NCBI RefSeq assembly: GCF_003668935.1
Contig: NZ_RAWP01000027.1
Coordinates: 17,555 to 81,554 of the forward strand
Reading direction: 5' to 3'
Origin: Corallococcus sp. AB032C
GTDB taxonomy: Bacteria; Myxococcota; Myxococcia; Myxococcales; Myxococcaceae
DNA: 64,000 bases
Below, one piece after another: positions 59,570 to 64,000 of this stretch. The position numbers and the translations under genes are program-made. Under the pieces are notes generated by a model. That model worked only from the letters and a program-made list of their open reading frames with translations. It was not told the DNA's origin and searched no databases. The number at the start of each line of letters is the position of its first letter. Position 1 is the first letter of the stretch.

Positions 59570-60739
59570 CTACTCCCGCTTCAAGCCCTCCAACTCGTGG
59601 GCCTCCAGACCCTCGGGGAAGAAGCGCTCCTCGCCGAACTCCACCTCGTCGCGAAGGACGCTGCCCTCCGCCAGCACCTGGGCCCATTCCGCTGCGGCTT
59701 CCTGCCGGCCGTAGCCCGGGTGCCGCCTCGCCAGGGCGACTCGCATCGCGTCGCGCATGTCCGCCGCCGTGGCAAATCGCTCCTCGGGTTTGGCGCGCAA
59801 CGCGACATGCAGCATCGCCTTCACGTCCGGAGATAGTGTGGCCACGGCCTCCTCGACGTCCTCCGGTCCGAAGCTCGCCAGCAGCACCTGCATTTGCGTG
59901 AGGGGCAGCGAAGGGAGGATTTCAGGCTGGAGGTGGACCAGCCCCTTGAGCGGACCCGGCACGTCCTCGACGTCGAAGAGGTGCTTGCCGGTGAAGAGTT
60001 CCACCAGCAGCACGCCCAGGCTGAAGACATCGGAGCGCGGAGTCAGGGGCTGCCGCGTCAGGTACTCCGGCGAGGCATACGCCACGTCGCCCCGGACGAG
60101 GCTCGCGGGCGACTCCTCGCGGCCCACCACCAGCGAGTAGGCCGCACCGAAGTTCGTCAGCTTCACCTCGCCTTGCGTGCCCACGTAGACATGCCGGGGG
60201 TTGACGTCGCGGTGGATGATGCCCAGCGACTTGCCGTCCGCGTCCGTCAGCGTGTGCGCGTGGTGCAGGGCCTCCGCGAGTTCCGCGCCGACGTAGAGGG
60301 CGAAGGCCTCGGAGACAGGCCGGCCGCGCGCCACCCCCGCACTCACCAGCGTCTCCAGCGAAGGGCCGTCCACATACTCCATGACGGCGTGCAGCGCGCC
60401 CTTGTGCACCTTGCGGTGAAACACGGTGGCGATGGCGGGGTGGCGCAGACGGAAGGCCAGCTGAATCTCCTCCCCCAGCCGCGTGCGCTGCATGAAGGTG
60501 GAGGGGTTCGCCAGCCGCCGCACGAAGCAATAGCTGGGCAGCTTGTTGCCGCGCTCCGTGAAGCGCTGGGCCAGCATCAGCACCTCGCCCGTCTCCATCA
60601 GCACCAGCTCGCGGACGGCTTCGTAGCGGATGCCGTCGATGGTGAAGAGGAGCAGGGGCCTCTCAGGCGTCGGCGGAAGCTGCCTGCGGCGCGCGGAGGC
60701 TTCGGTGCGCGCCAGGTCATCGGTTGTCGTGTCGGGCAT
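59570..60739 (-). CDS. Protein-kinase-like protein, predicted pseudokinase
   Basis: Seen: kinase fold (HRDVNPRHV, APE-like SPEYL) but no Gly-rich loop, HRDxKxxN degraded to HRDVNPRH, and DFG replaced by NFG. Confidence 0.65.
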   Translation of the reverse strand: MPDTTTDDLARTEASARRRQLPPTPERPLLLFTIDGIRYEAVRELVLMETGEVLMLAQRFTERGNKLPSYCFVRRLANPSTFMQRTRLGEEIQLAFRLRHPAIATVFHRKVHKGALHAVMEYVDGPSLETLVSAGVARGRPVSEAFALYVGAELAEALHHAHTLTDADGKSLGIIHRDVNPRHVYVGTQGEVKLTNFGAAYSLVVGREESPASLVRGDVAYASPEYLTRQPLTPRSDVFSLGVLLVELFTGKHLFDVEDVPGPLKGLVHLQPEILPSLPLTQMQVLLASFGPEDVEEAVATLSPDVKAMLHVALRAKPEERFATAADMRDAMRVALARRHPGYGRQEAAAEWAQVLAEGSVLRDEVEFGEERFFPEGLEAHELEGLKRE

Positions 60740-60838
60740 GGCTCCTCGGGAGGCGGGAGAGAAGGCGCGGCGGCGCCTCCCGAGGAGTTTGAGCGCAGTT
60801 AACTTTTAAAGTCCATAACGACGGACTCTAAAGAGCCA

Positions 60839-61135
60839 TCATCGCACCCGGGCGAGGGCGAAGCCTGCCCCCGCGCCGAGCACCACCGCCAGCACTACAG
60901 CCAGAACAGGGACGGGGCGCGGCTGCTGGCGGAGCACCTCGTTCTCCGCCTGGAGGCGGCGCAGCTCGCGAGCCGTGAGGATGCAGCGCTCCGTGGACAG
61001 CCAGCAGCCCTCAGCCACCACCACCGTGCGCCCGTCCTGAAGCGTCACGGTGGCGCGGGCCACATCCAGCACCTCCCCTTCGGCACGCGCCCCGCCTGCT
61101 ATCAGCAGGGCCAGCGCTAGCACCAGGCCCCTCAC
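60839..61135 (-). CDS. Small exported protein with coiled-coil segment and C-terminal TM helix (possibly spanin-like)
   Basis: Seen: N-terminal signal-like segment, ARELRRLQAENEVLRQQ, C-terminal hydrophobic helix. The start overlaps the upstream gene stop. Confidence 0.4.
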   Translation of the reverse strand: MRGLVLALALLIAGGARAEGEVLDVARATVTLQDGRTVVVAEGCWLSTERCILTARELRRLQAENEVLRQQPRPVPVLAVVLAVVLGAGAGFALARVR

Positions 61136-61641
61136 CGCTTGTCGCCCGGCTGGAGTGCATCGAGCGCGGCCACCGCCGCCGCCTTACCGGCAATCTCCCC
61201 GGCCGCCACCTCCCCCGCCTCGCGCGCCGCGTCCGCCACCGAGTCACCGAAGAGGAGCGTCTTCACCACCGTGAAGCCGCCCGCCGCCCCGAGGCCGATG
61301 GTGAGCGCCTTCAGCAGCAGGGCCACGGTGAAGGACTCGCCCGCCAGCAGCGCGTTGGACACCGCACCCGCGACGGACAGCAGCAGCGCCAGCACCGCGC
61401 CCGCCCGCGCCGTGCGCAAGAGCGGCCACCACGCGCCCACGAAGCGGCGCAGCACGTAGACGAGAGCGATGACGGCCAGGGACGCGACGAGGGCCCAGTT
61501 GCGGGCCGTCACCGCGTCGAGGATGAGGCGCGCGAAGGCCTCCATGTTGCCCGGGTCGGGCGTGCCGCTCGCCTGCGCAAAGGCGACGGAGGGGAAGACG
61601 AGGCAAAGGAAGAGGACGGCGAGACGTCGCAACATGGGCAT
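61132..61641 (-). CDS. Membrane protein with signal peptide and about three TM helices (holin-like position in a lysis-cassette-like arrangement)
   Basis: Seen: ATG at 61641 (MPMLRRLAVLFLCLVFPSVAFA), hydrophobic helices, charged C-terminus. Confidence 0.45.
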   Translation of the reverse strand: MPMLRRLAVLFLCLVFPSVAFAQASGTPDPGNMEAFARLILDAVTARNWALVASLAVIALVYVLRRFVGAWWPLLRTARAGAVLALLLSVAGAVSNALLAGESFTVALLLKALTIGLGAAGGFTVVKTLLFGDSVADAAREAGEVAAGEIAGKAAAVAALDALQPGDKR

Positions 61642-61682
61642 GCCTTTCGTGGGTGAGGCGCGGCGAAGTGCCGCGCGGGAAG

Positions 61683-62249
61683 TCAGAAGCCGAGCCGCGC
61701 CAGGGAGGCCGCGAGCGCCGGGTGCATGGCGCGCCACTCCGGCATCGAGCGCAGCGTGTCGAGGAAGCGCCAGACGGCGGCGAGCCGCTGCGCGTCCGTG
61801 CTGCCCTTTGGCTCCGAGTGGAAGAGGCCGCGCACGGGCTCCAATTGGCTGCCGCTCACGAGGCTCGGCCACTGGCAGTGCGGCGCGTCCCCGAAGGAGC
61901 CACCCCAGGCGAGGCCCGCGCTGCGCGTCTCCTCGCCAAGAATGGCGTAGGCAGGACCATCCCAGCGCGGCTGAAGTCCCGGGCGGTTCACGTCCGCATC
62001 GCGGCAGAAGTCGTTCGCCAGCCCGTAGTTGTGCGCGGAGAGTCCTTCCGGCGCCGCGCGCCCACCCTCTCCCTTCAGGTAGCGCAGGTGCAGCACGCGC
62101 TGCTCGGCGAAGGTGGAGTAGCCGCGCGTGGCGACGTAGTCCGCGCCTCGCGCTCGGCAACGGGCGATGACTTCCCCCATCACCGCCTGGAAGGGCGGAT
62201 AGAGGGGCTTCAAGTCGAGGCGGGAGAAGAGTTCAGGGTTGGGAATCAT
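61683..62249 (-). CDS. M15-family (VanY/DD-carboxypeptidase-like) zinc peptidase, endolysin-like
   Basis: Seen: LSAHNYGLANDF (H..D zinc ligands of the LAS/M15 fold), 188 aa, no signal peptide. Confidence 0.65.
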   Translation of the reverse strand: MIPNPELFSRLDLKPLYPPFQAVMGEVIARCRARGADYVATRGYSTFAEQRVLHLRYLKGEGGRAAPEGLSAHNYGLANDFCRDADVNRPGLQPRWDGPAYAILGEETRSAGLAWGGSFGDAPHCQWPSLVSGSQLEPVRGLFHSEPKGSTDAQRLAAVWRFLDTLRSMPEWRAMHPALAASLARLGF

Positions 62250-62289
62250 CCCCCACTGAATGGGGGCGGGTTTCGACGTGTGGCGTGAG

Positions 62290-63903
62290 TCACCCTTCCG
62301 CGCGGAATCGCACTCCGTCGAGGCTCACCCAGGCCGCCCCCGTGGGCAGGCTAAAAACTTGGAGGCCACCGTCCACGTTGAGCTGCCCCATGGCAAAGCC
62401 GTGGCTCGTCGGCAGTGACAGGATGCGGTTGGAGCTGGCCCGGTAGCCCACTGGGAAGCGGTACGCGTTCACGTAGCCCACCGCCCCTGGGCGGATGAGG
62501 CCGCGTGCGGACACCTCGTTGTCGCTGTTCTTGTAGAAGCCCAGGGGCCAGTTGGTCGCATCCCACGCCACCCAGCCATTCTCCAGGTCGCTAATCTGCC
62601 CCGTGCGGATGGCCGCCCACGGCTCGACGAGGCCGCCGATGCGCTCCAGGCGCACCGAATCGACGAACACCCACGGCAAGCCTTGCGTTGCATGGGCCAG
62701 CAGACGCACCTGGACGTAGCGCGTCCCGGTGGGCGCATTGTGGAAGCCTGTCGTCCGCTCCCAGCCACTCGTCGGCAGCGTTTTCGTCGTGCTCACCGTA
62801 CCCAACACGTTGAAGGCGCCGCCGTACCAGACGAGTTGGACAGAGAAGGCCGCCCCTACCTGTGACGCCCTCGCGAGGGCATCCACGCTGTACCTGTCGC
62901 CCGGCCGGGCAATCATCGCCTGCGAGTCAAGCCGCGTCCCGCTCGCCATGAGGCGGACGGCACGAGCCCCCGTGTACGCGTCCGCCGTCACCTGGGCATG
63001 CGCACCCCAGAGGCCCACGCCCATAGTCCAGGCGTCTGGCGGCAGCTCCTCGAAGGAGTGCGCCTCGAAGTCGGGGTTGGGTGGCGATTCCCCGAAGGCT
63101 ACGGCGGGCTGCAGCGTGGCGGGCGTCACATAGCCCGTCGTGACGGACACCTCGGCGGATGGCGCGCCCAGGTTGCCAGAGGCATCGCGGCCCACGACCC
63201 GGCAGTAATACGTCGCGCCGGGGCGCAGTTCGGACAACGGGAAGCGCGTCGCCGAGGCCCGCCCCTGGAAGGTGGCCTCGGAAGGCTGGAAGCCCGGCGT
63301 TCGCGACGCATGCACCTCGTACTCGGCCCAGGCTGGGCCGGTAGTCGCAGGGGTCCACGTCACCACGCACCCGTTGACGGTCGGCACCGCCCTCACCTCC
63401 TGCGGCGCGGCCGGGCCCGTGAAGGCCGCGCTGGGAGCGATGCCCGGTCGACTGTCACGCTCCAGCCACTCACGCAGCGAGGTAGAAGGCTGGCCGCGCA
63501 GCACCAGTTTCATGCGCGCCGTGCCGTCCGTGGCGCACTGGTGCTCCAGCTCCTGCACCGCAAGCCGCTGCGCCGTGTCCAACCGCACGCCATCCGGAAG
63601 CACGAGCACCAGGTCCGCCAGCTCCAGGCCCGGGTGCGGATCCACCGTCATGGTGACGGCGAGGGGAGAGACGGAGAGATCCGCGATGGCCGCGTCCGCG
63701 AGCCGTTGCGCTTCGGGCTCCGTGTCGATGTTGCTGGAGGACTCCTCCGCCACCTGCATCCAGCGGCGGCCCACCTGCGCGCGAGCCGTGGGGTTGCTGG
63801 CCGCCACCGTCTTTCGCTTCGGTGTTCCCGAGGCGTCCAAATCGTATTTGTCGCTGTAGACGACTTCGACGTCCGTGCGGATGTCCGCCAACTGCCGCGT
63901 CAT
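62290..63903 (-). CDS. Phage tail-fibre/host-specificity-like protein with fibronectin type III domain
   Basis: Seen: FN3 segment (CVVTWTPATTGPAWAEYEVHASRTPGFQP...YYCRVVGRDASGNLGAPSAEVSVTT), 537 aa, directly upstream and co-directional with the peptidase/holin-like genes. Confidence 0.45.
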   Translation of the reverse strand: MTRQLADIRTDVEVVYSDKYDLDASGTPKRKTVAASNPTARAQVGRRWMQVAEESSSNIDTEPEAQRLADAAIADLSVSPLAVTMTVDPHPGLELADLVLVLPDGVRLDTAQRLAVQELEHQCATDGTARMKLVLRGQPSTSLREWLERDSRPGIAPSAAFTGPAAPQEVRAVPTVNGCVVTWTPATTGPAWAEYEVHASRTPGFQPSEATFQGRASATRFPLSELRPGATYYCRVVGRDASGNLGAPSAEVSVTTGYVTPATLQPAVAFGESPPNPDFEAHSFEELPPDAWTMGVGLWGAHAQVTADAYTGARAVRLMASGTRLDSQAMIARPGDRYSVDALARASQVGAAFSVQLVWYGGAFNVLGTVSTTKTLPTSGWERTTGFHNAPTGTRYVQVRLLAHATQGLPWVFVDSVRLERIGGLVEPWAAIRTGQISDLENGWVAWDATNWPLGFYKNSDNEVSARGLIRPGAVGYVNAYRFPVGYRASSNRILSLPTSHGFAMGQLNVDGGLQVFSLPTGAAWVSLDGVRFRAEG

Positions 63904-64000
63904 CCCATCGAGGTTGCCGTACTCGTCCGGACCGTAGCTCCAGTCCTCCTCCGTCTGGAGTCGGTTGGGCGCGGCGAGCGTCAGTGCGTAGGCGCTTGCA

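Noticed and set aside
63904-64000. Possible partial gene upstream of the tail-fibre-like gene at the window edge
   Set aside because: In the frame continuous with a TGA overlapping the ATG at 63903, a stop occurs at 63981-63983, leaving only about 25 codons. Other frames cannot be assessed with only 97 nt.

Overview
This is a 64-kb, roughly 70% GC window that looks like a myxobacterial chromosome (Myxococcus/Corallococcus type). The supporting signs are a MYXO-CTERM sorting tail, a DUF2381 protein paired with a Ser/Thr kinase, a RomR-like regulator, an EncC-like encapsulin cargo protein and an orphan groEL with a CIRCE operator. It is gene-dense on both strands, with many ATGA-type start/stop overlaps. 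Real genes are much shorter than the long antisense ORFs that high-GC DNA throws up. Main content, left to right:
- 10-6003: a truncated-hemoglobin-PAS-MCP chemoreceptor with cheB and cheR, interrupted by an ABC1/UbiB kinase and an ABM protein.
- 7071-9102: a Fic-family gene followed by two paralogous unknown genes (candidate novel module).
- 9119-15538: Hsp20, a PhzF-like gene, a DUF481-like OMP gene, a 745-bp intergenic region with two copies of a 75-bp palindrome-containing repeat, proC, and a divergent ArsR-P450-ABM unit.
- 15622-30747: secreted/exported proteins (aminopeptidase N, PKD/Kelch lipoprotein, LysM-C39-like hydrolase, MYXO-CTERM metalloprotease, repeat lipoprotein), plus SDR, LysR and a phenylalanine-hydroxylase-like gene with a long C-terminal extension.
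- 30833-33109: a clear bacterial major vault protein (MVP) homolog, divergent from a LysR gene.
- 33344-38995: a four-gene oxidoreductase operon, a small Cys-rich secreted peptide and nadC.
- 39005-50532: valS with a ~200 aa lysine-rich C-terminal extension, a romR-like gene, a double-CheW gene, REC-GGDEF, the EncC-like cargo gene with no shell gene in the window, a hybrid histidine kinase, groEL with CIRCE, and a CheY-like regulator.
- 50621-55710: a TPR-zincin protein, a transglutaminase-like protein, a methyltransferase and a tRNA-Sec (selC-like) gene.
- 55854-63903: DUF2381 + kinase, two tandem XRE regulators, a pseudokinase, and a phage-like block (tail-fiber-like FN3 protein, M15 endolysin-like peptidase, holin-like and small membrane proteins), possibly an island at the tRNA-Sec gene.
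No transposase, integrase or CRISPR array was seen.
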